64,000 bases of DNA, from assembly GCA_030704615.1 (NCBI GenBank), contig CM060733.1:3844001-3908000 (forward strand), read 5' to 3'. Positions 27,054-40,100 of the stretch are shown here, piece after piece. The stretch comes from Takakia lepidozioides. Taxonomy: Eukaryota; Plantae; Bryophyta. Position numbers and translations under genes: made by a program. Every line of letters begins with the position of its first letter. The first letter of the stretch is position 1. The notes beneath the pieces were generated by a model. It had not been told where the DNA came from, ran no database searches, and saw only the letters and a list, made by a program, of their open reading frames with translations.

Positions 27054-28068
27054 ATGGAGGCATCCAGAAAAGAGCACAAGAAGAAGAAAAAAAAGGGGAC
27101 GATGGACATAAAGATGGATTACGTTCCTTCAAAGGAGGGCCATGCTCGGCCTTTCGTGGCCTATTTTCCTACGGGGTTTGATCCCGTAGGAAATACTCAA
27201 GAGGATGGTGAGGGCGCGCCTTTGGCAGAGATCAAAGCGTATCAAGCCACCGAGAAATTCAAGTCGAAGCAGCACCAATTGGTGGCAACCACACAGGGCG
27301 GGCAGGTTGATTTTGTGGGCTGCAACTATTCGGGAGAGGCTGCAGCTTGGCAGCCTTGCAGCTACGCGCTCGGAGTATTCAACAAGGAGAAGGGCACCTT
27401 AAAGCTAGTCCCTCTAGCAGGAGAAAAGGTACCTATCTTTACAGTTTGAGAGTACATTCTCTCTCTCTCTCTCCCTTCCCTGCGCACCTTGTTGACTACC
27501 ACTTGCCTTGAGGACATAGTTTCCGCAGCAGCAACCACCGATTGTGTGCCTCAAATAAACAGGGTGTGGAAACTCAGGGTAGAGTTGACATAGCCGCTTG
27601 TGAAGGAAATGAGTGTTTTCTATAAACAGACATCGTGCATGGCCGCCAGCTGGGCCACATATGTAACAGCATAGATGTACGCATTAGTTGTGAGTGTTTC
27701 TTTATGAGGCATTTCGAGGGAGGATACAGCTGTAACTGCTTGGTGGTCTAGATTTTCAGGATGGAGCCCAGAGTCAGAGGGGTGGACTATGGGCAAGGTT
27801 TTTCAAAAGATGGGGGCGTGAAGGCAGAGGCCCAGACACCAGAGATGGGTATGCTGAAAAGGAAGATACTGACAGAAACTTTTGGCAGCCAGAAGAGTCG
27901 CATGCGGGTGGGTTTTGCATCCTCTCCATAGTTGGAGGTGTTGTAGAGCACTGGCATTTTTCAGCAATATACTAAAGCACAAGGTCAAAAGGGAAAGCAG
28001 CAGAGAATACAGTTTGAGATATAGGATACTGCTCAAACACTGCTAGTCACTGTGGTTAGAAGGGGAGG

Positions 28069-28108
<40 letters not shown>

Positions 28109-29330
28109 GAAGAAAAGGCTGGAGGGTACTTGGGTAGGGTTCGCTCAGGGCTTGTGCTTTTAGGGCTGAGGTATATTAAGAAGATTGAGATTTCGTGACG
28201 CACCCTTGGTGCAGGCTCAACGGATTGAAAGAGGATTGGTGAAGACAGAAGCATTGGGCAATGCACGGGAGATGGAGAGCTTGTTCCAGGAAGTAGGCAA
28301 GAATGAAGCACTGCTGTCTCATCAGGAAGCCTTTGAGCAGGCCAACCTTGCAGTGGTGCGCAATGTGCCACCCTATGACCTCTCAGCATCCACACCAGAA
28401 GGAGCTTATCCATTGGACAAACTCATAACACAGGAAGAATGGGGGAGCCTGGACGTGGAAGAGCTCAAGGCAGCTGCCAAGAAGGCAAGAGATGAGGATG
28501 CTCTACGCCAGAAGAGGGCATACCCCAACTTTGTACTCAGTCGCCTTCAGAGATTGAGAGTTGAGGTGCGTTCTTATCAGATATTGTCTTCTAAACCTTG
28601 CCTCAATGTCCTACAAAGCTGACGTGGCTATGCAAAGGAAGTCTGTCGGCAGGAAAGTGTAAAACCAGCAACCATATCCAATCTGTGAGTGTCAGTTCAG
28701 AATTAGGTAGTGGCAAGATGAATTTGAGGTGAAATTTTTGACCTCCATCAGCTTGATTCAATTATAGAGCTGTACCATGGTTGGTTGCAGGGGGACAAGG
28801 AAGGGAATGACAGGCGGGCACGGATCTTGGTGTACCTTAGGCATCTTCTTGCCTTTCACAATGCTCCCGACTTTGTTGTGACAAGGGCAGCAAATCCTTT
28901 GGGGAACCTGGGACTACCAGAGCAAGCCAAGACTGTGGATCTTACACAAGAGCTGGGCATCCCTGGTGTTGTGGTTGCCACGTTTCTGAAACTCTTCACA
29001 GGAGAAGGCACATTTGGTATGACAGACAAGCCAGGAGGTTGTCACAGAGCAAAGCAACACAAAGAGCTGCTTATAAGCTATGCACTGGTGCTGGGACTGG
29101 CTGTGGATGACTTCCAGGCTGATCCCTATGACCTAGCATTTGAGTTGAAGTGTACAGTTTCGCAGCTACGGCCTCACTATAAACAGCTGGGTTGTCAGAT
29201 TGAGGTCCGTAAGAGTGGGGACAAGGTGGAGGTAGCAGATCCAAAGAGTGCTCAGGGAAAATGGAAAGTCAGACTCACTGTGCCTCTACAGTTTCCCAGT
29301 ATTTCCAGGCGTAGAGGCCGTGGGCGCTAA
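27054..29330 (+). CDS. RPA49: DNA-directed RNA polymerase I subunit RPA49/A49-like, 4 exons
   Basis: Exons 27054-27428, 27752-27907, 28215-28565, 28791-29330. Motifs PFVAYFPTGFDP, VDFVGCNYSGEAAA, YALGVFNKEKGTLKLVP, TFGSQKS, RNVPPYDLSASTPEGAYPLDKLI, LRPHYKQLGC, LTVPLQFP. Confidence 0.9.
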
Positions 29331-29442
29331 CAGAATGCAGTGCATCTCTGACCTAGCAGAACAGAGAAGCTCTGAAAGAGCAAATGTGAGCAGTGCTGAC
29401 GGATATCTCTCCTTCCATTAATCATAGCAAATGACATCCTTA

Positions 29443-29860
29443 GGCCCCGGCCGCACCGGGCTGCTAGCGTAGAACACCTGCTAACAGCTTAGCAGGCCTG
29501 TTTTCGTAACTGCTGCTCCAACTAACACTATCCCTGCTGCACCAAAGTTTTAGCTTAACATGTTTTAGTGCATAATGTTAGTTTAAAACACGTGCTCGCC
29601 TGCCCCTGCCCGACTTCCTCTCGCCATTTTCCCTCGCCTCCTTCCTTTACGCCATAGCCAAAGGAGCAATGAAGAGACAAAAGGCCAGGAACACATTCGA
29701 GCTGCTTCCTCATATGTTTTGCAAGGGATTTTCACACGGGAATTCACACACAAATTTTCTCTTTGATCGTTAGAGGAGAATGTGTGGCACTGTGCATAGT
29801 GGTCCTGTTTATGTGGAGCTTCTCCAAGGCAGTGAAGGGCAAATATTCACATTTGCAACA
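29443..29860 (+). mobile_element. Possible truncated PIF/Harbinger remnant
   Basis: TTA followed by a GGCCCCGGCCGCAC terminus-like sequence and short palindromes. The downstream frame RRMCGTVHSGPVYVELLQG resembles the TSxLxGxxYVxELLxG start of Harbinger transposases. No right TIR found. Confidence 0.35.
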
Positions 29861-32247
29861 CAGATTTCGATATTGGAATCTTTCTGATATCAATATGTGT
29901 GAGTACACAACCCTTTATTTGCATCAAGATTCACTAGCTCCACTGGGTTGACGGGTGTTGTGAGTCCATTCTCATTTTGCGGAGCTGCAGTATAGCCAAG
30001 TAAAAGTTGGAGTGTTGGAATACACAGACATTTGTCACAGACACAAGTCATTTGGTCTGGAGAACTAGGGGAGGCTTGCCTGCTGAGTGCCTCATGACCA
30101 AGCAATGGGAGTCAAACGCATACACAAAAAATTAGATGGAAGTAACAAGTAATTGACATGGTTTTCCCCCGGACCTGCAAATGCAAAGTTGTCATGTTTC
30201 CTGACATGCACTAGCAAAGTTAGAAAAGCTTGTAAAATTTGCTTCTGCGCAGTTCTTGTTTGGTCCCTCGAGTCCTATGATGTACCTCCCCCTGAGCTCT
30301 AATACTGTACTTGGTAACCCAACCTTGAACTCCAACATGCACAAACCCGATGTCATGGTGAGGGAGCCTTGCGAATCCAACTCATGCAGAATCAAGCAAT
30401 AACAGAATACCCCAATACAATACTATGCAAACTAACTTGGCTGCCATGGGATTAGATCTTGAAGAGATAACGTTAGCTTTGACAACATTCATTAGAGTCA
30501 AGGGCTCTCTTTGAAGCGGTACCATGAGAAACTTACAAACATGTCCAAATTTGACATTCCTCACAGCTTCCCCTCAACACTGTTATTTTGTTTTTGGATA
30601 TTTGCCTCCAACCCATTGGCTGTAACGTCTCAAAAACACTTGGAACCAGCATGGATACACTGGATGAGCTAACTTACAATGATTGAAAATACTGAGGATA
30701 ATCTGATAAGAATAAACAAGCCTAAACATGTTGAAGAAGAAGGCACCCTCACCACTTTGTGCTTGACCGTGTGCCATGGAAGCAGGCATTTCTTCAACCC
30801 AAGGAGGATTCAACCAACACTCGGTCCAAAGGATCTCTAGCACAGACTGCTTATGTCTTTAGTCCGGTGATCTTGGATTGGTCTGTCAAAACCACCAGGG
30901 TGCAGCTGAAAAGCCATAGTTTTAAGCATCGTCCTAACACCCACCAGACCCTCCCGGTACCTGGTAACGCGGCATGGCGTGGAAGCTCGGGCAGGTTCCC
31001 TAAGGGTACAGGTTCCAGTGTGGCATCAGACGCATCTCTGAGAAGCTGGGCATCTGTCAGATAGAGTTGCGGGTCCCCCCTCTTTTGTACCGGTTTGCTT
31101 CCTGCATTCAAGTTGAATCTTGCAAGCAATTGGGGCTGCGATTTGAGAAATGGCATCGAGTTGGTACTGGTCTCCTCCATTTGACCGTTTTGAAATTGCG
31201 AAATGGAGCTTCTTGGAAATGCTTGGTACATGTACCACGAGGCTAGCACTATACTCAGAGCGCCTAAGCATGCTGTAGCTGCTGCCAGTTGCAAATTAGC
31301 AAGTTTACCCCGATTGCCAATGCATGCCATAGACTCACATCTGGTTGCCTGCTGAGCTCGGCTGCGCTTGTTGCACGGCAAAGCAGCAAGCAGGCAACGA
31401 TGGTGTCGTTGCTGGTGGCCAGTAAGCTTGACGCTGCTTCCATCGGCCCAGCGTCCGCGCTTCTTTCCCTCTCTCCTTCCTCGTGGCGCCCTGGGCCTTT
31501 CCTTGGGGACAACGCCAGCTTTGCGACAGGGCGAGTGAGGCTGGTGCAGTTGCAAGGCTGGGCCGGACACGGATACTCCTGTTATGTTTGTGGAAATTGG
31601 AAGCATGGAGATGTCTGTGCAATGATATGCCTGCCCAGAGGACATTGATAGACATTGTATTGAGTGTGGAGCATATCTTACTGTTTATGGCACAATTGAC
31701 CGAGACAGACAACGCCCTTCGACTGGCGATCACAGGCATTTCAAGATTGGCGCCAAATAACCTGCCCCAAGACTTTCATTCAATCAAGGCTGGCATTCTG
31801 AAGCAATACTACGAGTGCTTGGGGGTGGACAACATTTCACAGGAGGAGTTGCACTAGCTAATGCCTGTCTTGCAGGCTTGGCGGTCTATTGAAGTCCACC
31901 AAAACTTAGTGCAGTTTTACAGAGGGATGAAACTGGAGTACTACATATGAATGGTTGGTCTAAACTGACATTAATTGCTGATGGCCCACAGGTCAAACCT
32001 ACCACTTGTCTGGAATTCTTGAAGGCTGTGCTCCATTGTGGAATGGTGGTGCTGACAGAGGTAAAGCTAGATCTCATCCTTCAAAGAACTACTATGACAG
32101 CAAAATTTTGAATGGTGCAGATATTTATATTCCCTCATAATCAAGAACTTGTGCACTTGCACTGATGTTTGAATTAAGACGATCAACCAGAGAGACAGCG
32201 TAGTTTGCTGGCCATGTTGCCCTAGACCCCACGAGGGGAACAAGAGG

Positions 32248-32250
<3 letters not shown>

Positions 32251-32318
<68 letters not shown>

Positions 32319-32320
32319 AG
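32251..32320 (+). repeat. (GA)n microsatellite
   Basis: About 60 bp of pure AG repeat. Other runs occur at 28072-28106, 27458-27472 and 41537-41553. Confidence 0.95.
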
Positions 32321-32787
32321 AATTTAGCTCCTCAGGTAGTAGCCGCCTACAAGTGGACCTTCACAAGTGAGAAATCCTAGGATCTTTATTGAGACAAACT
32401 GTAGCAGTATATCAGAGGGCTACCTACAAGCTACTATGATCACCTAAAGGTTACTGTCTCTGTTTGTCAATATCAGCTAGCCACTGCAAGAGCCTCCTCA
32501 CAAAACTTACTTGACGATGACAGGCTTCACTGTGCAAGTGCTCCACTTGTTCCTTACTATGACCCATGCTGGGAGGGTGCCAGGAAGACCATAACCTCTA
32601 TGTCACAGATGTTGAGCAATGGGTATACCCTCTCCCACGTTTTTTTGCCACATGGATCCTTAACCAATTTCCCAGGATGTGAGATTCCAATAAGTGGACA
32701 GGACGAAGATGTGGTCTGCAAAGGGCACAGTTGAAAGGGCAAATACAGACGCACACCGTTTGCTTTGGTCGAATTCTGACTCACTTG

Positions 32788-35700
32788 TCATGTATGAGCA
32801 AGACTTGACGATAAGTCTTCACTGCTATCCATCATTGTAATATCAGCTAAATCCTCCTCTGTCAGTGGTGCAGCCAGAGTAGCTACTGGGGTTCCAACTA
32901 CTTGAGCTTCTCCAGAGAGAGGTGGAGTGACAGAAACACTCTCTAGAGAGGAAACAGCCAATAATGGTTCCACTGCAGGGGCCATCTGAGATGGTTGAAT
33001 GGAACCTGACTCTAGTTGGGACTCCTTGCCATTGACAACATCCATATCTACCACCTCACTAGGTGTCATTGTGTCATCCTCATTGAGGACATCACCTTCT
33101 GGACGCCCATTTGGAATTGTAACACTTTGAGAAACCATCTCGGGCCTCTTAGTATGCTGCACCTTTTCAGCTTTGACCTCCTTGGCTGAGGAAAGAGGTA
33201 TCGATGGATAGGGATCCTCACATGCTGCAATTGTTGATGTCACCAACAGAAGCTGGGAGGGGTGGACAAGAGAATGCAGGGTTAGAGTTCGGGATTCCAG
33301 TGTTTACAATTCCACAATTCCTCTCGTTCACTCACTCACAAGATTTGGCAAACAAAGAAGGTTTTAAAAGTCAATTACGACTACCACTTGGCAGAGAAAA
33401 AGACGCTCCAAACATGATCAAAGTGATAATCCCGATGAGATTGCAGCCTCAAGAGGAGAGGAGGAATGTGAGATACATACCTTTTCAAAAGCAAGGGCAA
33501 CCTTGTCGATGTTAGGGTATGTGTTTTGAGGATTCAGCAACACCTGTTCACCTCCAACCAGCTGTGTGATAAATAGAGAGGCAAACAGTGCAGTCAAGAA
33601 GTACATAGAGCTAGCTAATATCTATCAGTAAAGAACCATTGTGCCAGAACGGTTTGGCAGATCAGTGCCATATTCATACCTTTTGACAACTTTAACAGCC
33701 ATAGTAGTAAAGCTGTCCAGAATCAAAGTCACATTAATTTCACTTGATCACCTCGGCTGTCGCCAGATTCCTCGGACTTTCTAGTTACACCAAAATGCGC
33801 ACATGAAACATGAAAACCAGTTCATCTAGGCCCTTCTAAACGGGCGGTCCTGGCAGTGACAAGCAGAAAAAGCCTCAGAAATGAAGAATCTAGAAAAAAG
33901 GCCTTGGCTTCAAATCATCACCTCACATAGCCGCTGAATTGTGAAGGGTGCCCCATCCATGAACAAATCAAGTGCTGCATGCAGAGCATCCATGTCCTCT
34001 ATCAGTCATTGAAACTCATCAACCACACAATCTTCATTCCAAAGGACATGAACAGAACATAAGATCTTTAATTTCAATGCCATTTCATGCTCATAGAGAA
34101 GTATAATCAGATATGGTGCAGATTAATAGATGTGATCACCTGTAGTTATTAAGCTGTCTCTGGAAGCCCAATAGTGGACAAAGCTTGGTGAACTGCGAAT
34201 ACAAATCCAATCTTGGGACATAGCAGTCAGCCATCTCCCGATGACTGTGTAGCTGTAAAGGCATCTAATGAAAGTAAATCGTGCAGAGAAAGTGCTCACT
34301 CCCACCTGAATCAAGTCTTTCCTGAAGTTCCTTGAAAGTTTCACCTGTGATGAGGGGCCTTGGAGGCCCCACTACCACGTCTACATGGTTCTTGTAGTAT
34401 TGTTGCAACACCTGCCGACATTCACGAGGAATTTCAGGTTGTAAGTGATCTGAAAATGAAGATGATCCTGTTGAGCATATCTAGAGAGAGAGAGAGAGAG
34501 AGAGAGAATGTACTAATAAGAGGTTGTTTGCCGTAGCCTTGTGGCCATTGACCCCGAGGCAGTTTGAGCGGAACACAAAGGGACAGAAACATGTCAGGGA
34601 CTGACGCCAGAGTATGACTTACCTTGGAACAGACAATTGACCCGAGTTTTCCAGATTTCCTCTAGAAATCCCTTCACACAAGCATCAATCTGCTGTGTGT
34701 CGCCCAATAACTAGGCCCAAAAAGGGCCTGGGCTTTTGCCTCAGCCTCCAGATTTTCAAAGTTGGTAAACAGAGGTACAGGCACAAATCCCTCGATGGAT
34801 TTGAAGAGGGCGTCTCTCTGGTGACAGTACCCAGGACAATGAATCAGAAAATGAATATTGTCTTCAGGTTGCCCACACAACGGGCATTTCAATCCCCCTT
34901 CCCTCTCTGCATCTGTTTGATGTTCAAAAGTAGGCTTCCTGACCTGAGTTTAAATCCAAGAGTTCGTAAACCCTTGAGGTCATCCATGATGGCCTCCCCC
35001 ATGTCACAGACTGGAAACAAGTTCAGGGAAGTTTTCTGCCTAACTTCATTTTCATCAGACAATTTCCTGGCGACAGACATGGCTTTGGACACTACAGCCT
35101 CTAAGTCAGATTTATCCAGCAGGGTCAAGACTTGCGGACTTAGATTCAGATCCTTGAGAATCTCTTTTACCCTCTTCTGCCAGGACTTCGCCTGTTTGAC
35201 AGGGCAATCCTGCTTCCAAGATATAGAGTCGATTAACTTAGGATATCTATATTAGTCATACGTTGCAGCTCACCCCACCATCTGACCTTGAATTCATCTC
35301 GTCGGGAGCTTGAGGGAGGGATGCCAAACACCCCGAACAGCCACATTAGCTGTTTTGGAGCATGCTGACATGCCCTCCTTGAGCACCCCCACTTGAATGG
35401 ATTCTAGAGACTTAGCCTGGTTGGAGCTATCAACCCACACTGCAGATGCGTACTCCAAGGCAGGCCTAATAACGCGGCAAAGCATGGTTTTTTTTACTTC
35501 AGTGTCGATCCCTCTGCAGTGGAAAAATTTAGAGAGACCCAAAGCTTTGCGCTTGCCAAATTGAACAACTTTTTGAATGTGTGCATCCCAATTACAGTTG
35601 GAGGAAAACTCAATGCCAAGGTATGTGTAGGAAGGGAGGACAGGAATCTCTTGGCTTTCCCACTGCCACTTGAGAGAGAGAGAGAAAGAGAGAGAGAGCA

Positions 35701-36669
35701 CAAGCCTTGCGGGTAAGTAAAATAATACCTGCCTCAGGCGAAACGATAGCAGACATTTAAGCTGTTCCCAGTTGTGCCTGCAACCAGACACTATCTTCAG
35801 TCGAGACCCAAACAATGAGGCAGCTGAGTGCAAATGTAAAAGTGGATTTACATTGTCCACCAATGGACTACACTTGACTTGCATTGAGTAATACGAAACT
35901 TGGCCACCTGTACACCATGGACTATCAGGGATGCCATCAAGTGTTAAAAAAACTTGGTATCTGCAATCTCCTTCTAGCAATGCAAAAACGTACACCCTAA
36001 CTATGAAAATGTCATGTGTGAGGGTCAGCAGTTGCGAACTGGTTACAACATCCAGGATGGAGAGCGTTCATTCTTACAGTACAAAAATGCCAAACCAGTA
36101 AACTTACCAATATTGACCTGTCGCAGCAATCAACTCCAGTATGTTCCTCAATTCTGGTGTGAACTCTCGCTTAGTTTCATTCTGGCTGCCAAAGAGACGT
36201 GAAAAGAATTCAAAAAACCTATTTTCTGGAACCAACCTGAAAAGAGAGTAGCTATCTCTACTTGTGAAAGTCTGTAACACATGGCTTTCAGTGACTCCGT
36301 TGGCTTAACCTCAACTATCCACCTCTACAGTGCCGCTCGAAAAATGCAACAAACCTGTCAAGTAAGCCCAACGAACTGCGACATGTTTAATAACACGAAA
36401 TGTTTTGAAGGGGTGCAGCAATGGGCAATGCCACACATTGTATAAACCCTAAGCATCCCTACTGTATGCTACGTCTTCCATCCAGCTCCCCAATACTATA
36501 GTCTGTAAGCTGGAAACCCAACTGAGCTGTTTTGTTCTTTGACCATAAAACATCATACAATTTAGGGTTTGTCCGCAAATGTTAACATGGGGACATAAGG
36601 TCAGCCAGCATACTTGCAGAATGTGGAGAGGTCGGCCGAGCCTGACAATGTCTCTCTGAACACCTGCAT
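32788..36669 (-). CDS. PP4R2: Serine/threonine protein phosphatase 4 regulatory subunit 2, 7 exons
   Basis: Phase-consistent exons 36669-36614, 36185-36108, 35777-35729, 34411-34306, 33974-33922, 33543-33481, 33252-32788. They give ..ILELIAATGQYWHNWEQLKCLLSFRLRQVL..GETFKELQERLDSALDLFMDGAPFTIQRLCEVLLNPQNTYPNIDKVALAFEKLLLVTST.. followed by an acidic disordered tail. PFTIQRLCE is the PPP4R2 signature. Start codon less certain. Confidence 0.9.
34508..35671 (-). mobile_element. 5'-truncated non-LTR retrotransposon (RTEX-like LINE) in a PP4R2 intron, flanked on both sides by (GA)n
   Basis: YTYLGIEF..WDAHI..RPALEYASAVW (RT thumb region) and a C-terminal CPLC..H..C knuckle (34674-34892). 3' end ..GGCCACAAGGCTACGGCAAAC..AGTACATT abuts (TC)n. 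(GA)n runs at 34483-34507 and 35672-35698. Confidence 0.85.
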
Positions 36670-37107
36670 TCGACCCTCCTTGGGTGCCCCAGCTGCGACT
36701 GGTATGAAATGAACCCAATCTTGAGACACGCACACACAAGAAGAGGAGGGGGCAGGGGATAGCTATGACAACTGGTACTGTGCCAAAGATAGAGAAGAAT
36801 TGGTCACTTCGGCCATAAGAGACTGCAGATTGAGGAACGGAGAGAAAAATTCACATGCACAAGAATCTGAAAGCCATAAAGCACAAGAAAGATAGACCAC
36901 TTCTCATTTCAAAACGAAGACAACGAGTGTGAGTGCATCGGCGATGATGGGTGTCATGGACGTATGCCATCCTCTTATTTCATCCACTGATGAACAGGCA
37001 CAGTTGACAATGAAAGATTCTTCTACTTTCACGTAAGCCCGCCCAAATAGGGAGTGCAGAGTTTGGAGACTGTGTGGGTGGAGCAAGTGCTGAAGGACCA
37101 GACGGCA

Positions 37108-40100
37108 ATGGAAGAGAATGCTCCTCACAGGCCTCTCTACTTCATAGCCGTCCATGTGGGTGCAGGGTTCCACTCACCTGCCAACTCCAAGGCATATCGT
37201 CGAGCCATGCAGAGGGCGTGCCTCGCAGCCGCATCGATCCTTTCCAAGGTAGCTTATTGTATTTGTCTCAAATACCAGCCAGAGAAATGATTTTCATCTA
37301 TCCCAATTTGTAAAAACTTTTTCGGAAAGCTGGGTGCCAGAGATTCCCTTAGCAGAAGACTTGTAGTGGGAGTAAAATGGATCAATTTGGGGTTGTTGCA
37401 GAATTTTGGCAATCTGTTGGTTGATTGCTTATGCTTAGTGCTAGAATATAATAGTTTGGAAACGATGGATATGAGTGCGCACTCAAGACATGAATTATTT
37501 GGCAAATGTGATACTTTGGACCTTGTCCTGTGTACTTTTCCTCATCTCAATGCTTTGTTTCCTTCAGGATTTTCTTACACATGATCTGCGTTGAGTTGTT
37601 TGGTGGATCAGACATCCGGGACAAGCATGGATGCTGTAGTTGCTGCCATTAAGGTGCTGGAGGTAATTTACTGAGACAATCTCATCTTGGGCCATAGTTC
37701 GGGACACTTATTTGCATGAGTTGTAGAGTAAGAACGGGTCAGCGGCTTTGTGGTTGGTTGCAACACCCAATCTGCATGCTGTGTGGATCTATGTAAGTTG
37801 ATTGTAAATCAAAGGGAGCTTGGTGGGGCCGATGTTCAACATTTTCTGTATGTTGCAAAACCACCACCAATGGCAGTGACTTTGTAGGTGCAGCAATTGT
37901 GATTAGAATCTAAAGTCTGCCTTCATCTGTTCTTGTGGTCAGGATGATGAAGTTACAAATGCAGGGAAAGGATCAAACCTAACTGAAGATGGGCGTGTGG
38001 AGTGTGATGCAAGTGTGATGGATGGGTGCACTGGTGCCTTTGGTGCTATTGGAGCAGCACCTGGTAAGCTTATTCCCTGGATGCTTCTTTGAGTTTATGT
38101 TGAGAAAATTTGTGTCAGCTGAACTTTGCCACAGTTGTACCATGGCCCAACAGTACAGCATTTGTGAACTATTAGGCGTGATGTGATTGACAAGAATGGG
38201 AGCTTAAGTAGGAAAGAACATACTTGTACATGTATTTGTATAAGAGACCAGAGAGGTAGAAGCCTACTGCTCAATGCATTGTTAGAGATAATTACTGTCG
38301 AATATGCTTTGTGGCTGATCTGGTAATTCTCCATAGGATTGTGTAGATCGAAATTGGCTGTCATGATGTATGTGAGGGGGTGGTGCCAGGTGTGCGCAAT
38401 GCTATTGATGTGGCTGCGTTGCTGGCCAAGGAAAGTTTGCATGGAAATCTACCTCTTGGCCGCATTCCTCCTGTGTATATACCTTGCCTATTCTCTGTGT
38501 CTGTCCATCAGTCCGGTTGCCACCCTTTTTCCAGTGTCTGCTTCCAACTGTTCATGCTGAGAAGAAAGCAATTGTATTGTTCCAAATAACACTGATCAAC
38601 TGGGAGAAAAATGAAGGCTTTCTGGCAACCCTCTTCTCGTTTGCCATTGTGACACATAATGCTGCATCTTTTGTATTCTATTGTACGAGATTCATGATCA
38701 AGAGTACATACAAGTTGATCCCAGGGTTGTTCACTTGCCAGTAATGACATTTGTGACGGTGATAGCAGCTTCTTAGTAGGAGATGGGGCACGCAAGTGGG
38801 CTTTGAAGCGTTGTGTCTCTTCTGTGACCACTGCTGCCGAAGCTGACGAGGTATATATCTGAACACTTTCAGAGGGAAATGGGATGGAACAGGAGCCAGT
38901 TGTGCTAAGACTGGCAAGCATGAGTTGACCTGGTGTAGGGACAGGGTTTGAGTGAGGCTTGGAGGCAATATATTGCATGTTGTGTTAGGCACCCTGTGAT
39001 CAGTGAAGATGACACGCATGTAAACGCATGCAGTGGCTTATAAGCAAGAAAGCACGCCAGCAGTGGGAAAAGTACAAGCACATGCTACAAATTGCCGTGC
39101 CAACATCCGGTGGGCCAACCCCCTCAGAACCTGAGGCAGATGCATCAGAATGTCGGGGCAAGACAGGTTTGCAGTCACATCGCTTCTAACTCATGATAAC
39201 GCTCCTGTTCGACAGATAATAGAGCTCAAATGGAAAAAAGAGAGATGCTTTACATTGTTCATAGAGCTTATGAGCTTTTGAGAGAGAGAATGTACTGATG
39301 AGATGTTGTTTGCTGTAGCCTTGTGGCCATAGACCCTGCGCCCAGTTTGGGCCGAACAAGAGGGAGAGAATGTACTCATAAGATGTTGTTTGCTGTAGCC
39401 TTGTGGCCAGACCCCGCACCCAGTTTGGGCAGAACAAAAGGGAACAGACACTACCTTTGTGAGGGGCTTCTGTAGGGGGACTTACCTTTTATAAACAATT
39501 AGTTCAGGCTTTCCAGATATCCTCTAGAAAGCCCTTCACACAAACATCAATCTTCTGTGTGTGAGCTGCCCAGTATTTAGACCTAACAGTGCCAGAATGT
39601 TAGGCTCAACCTCATGATTTTGAAAGTTGGTGAACAGAGGTGGAGGAACAATGTTGTTGGTGTTCCTGAAGAGGGTCACTCTCTGGTGAGAATACTCCGG
39701 ACCATGTATCAGAAAATGGATACTGTCCAGAGGGAGGGAGGGAGAGAGAGCGAGTACATCCCATGTACGGTTCTATGCAAACATTGGCTATGACGTGCCC
39801 TTGAGTAAATTACTGACTCAAAACTGCAGTTGTGAGGCCTCATCAAGAATTGTTCTGACTGGTACCAGTGTCAGATTTGCGGAGAAGTGGAGGCGGTGTC
39901 GTAGTAATTTATCCCTTTTGTTATGTCTTTTTGTGAAACACACATGTTTTTGTGGGGTCTGGGAGATACTAACCTTCCTGGAGTTGGTAAGGGACCCCAC
40001 CAGTGTATGGGAGGAGACTGAACCCAAAATTGCTTTGGTGCTCCCTCAATCTTATTGTTCATGTCTGTGTTGGCATGACATTATACTCGAAAAGACTACA

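Noticed and set aside
34005-34010. Apparent in-frame stop upstream of ALDLFMDGAPF in PP4R2
   Set aside because: It lies in the intron. The acceptor at 33975 restores a continuous frame.
38475-38490. U12-type intron donor (GTATATACCTT) in the taspase gene
   Set aside because: It does not match GTATCCTT, and no TCCTTAAC branch site precedes the acceptor.
39294-39360. CTGATGAG suggesting a hammerhead ribozyme in the LINE terminus
   Set aside because: Other copies read CTCATAAG or CTAATAAG, and there is no properly placed GAAA or stem II.
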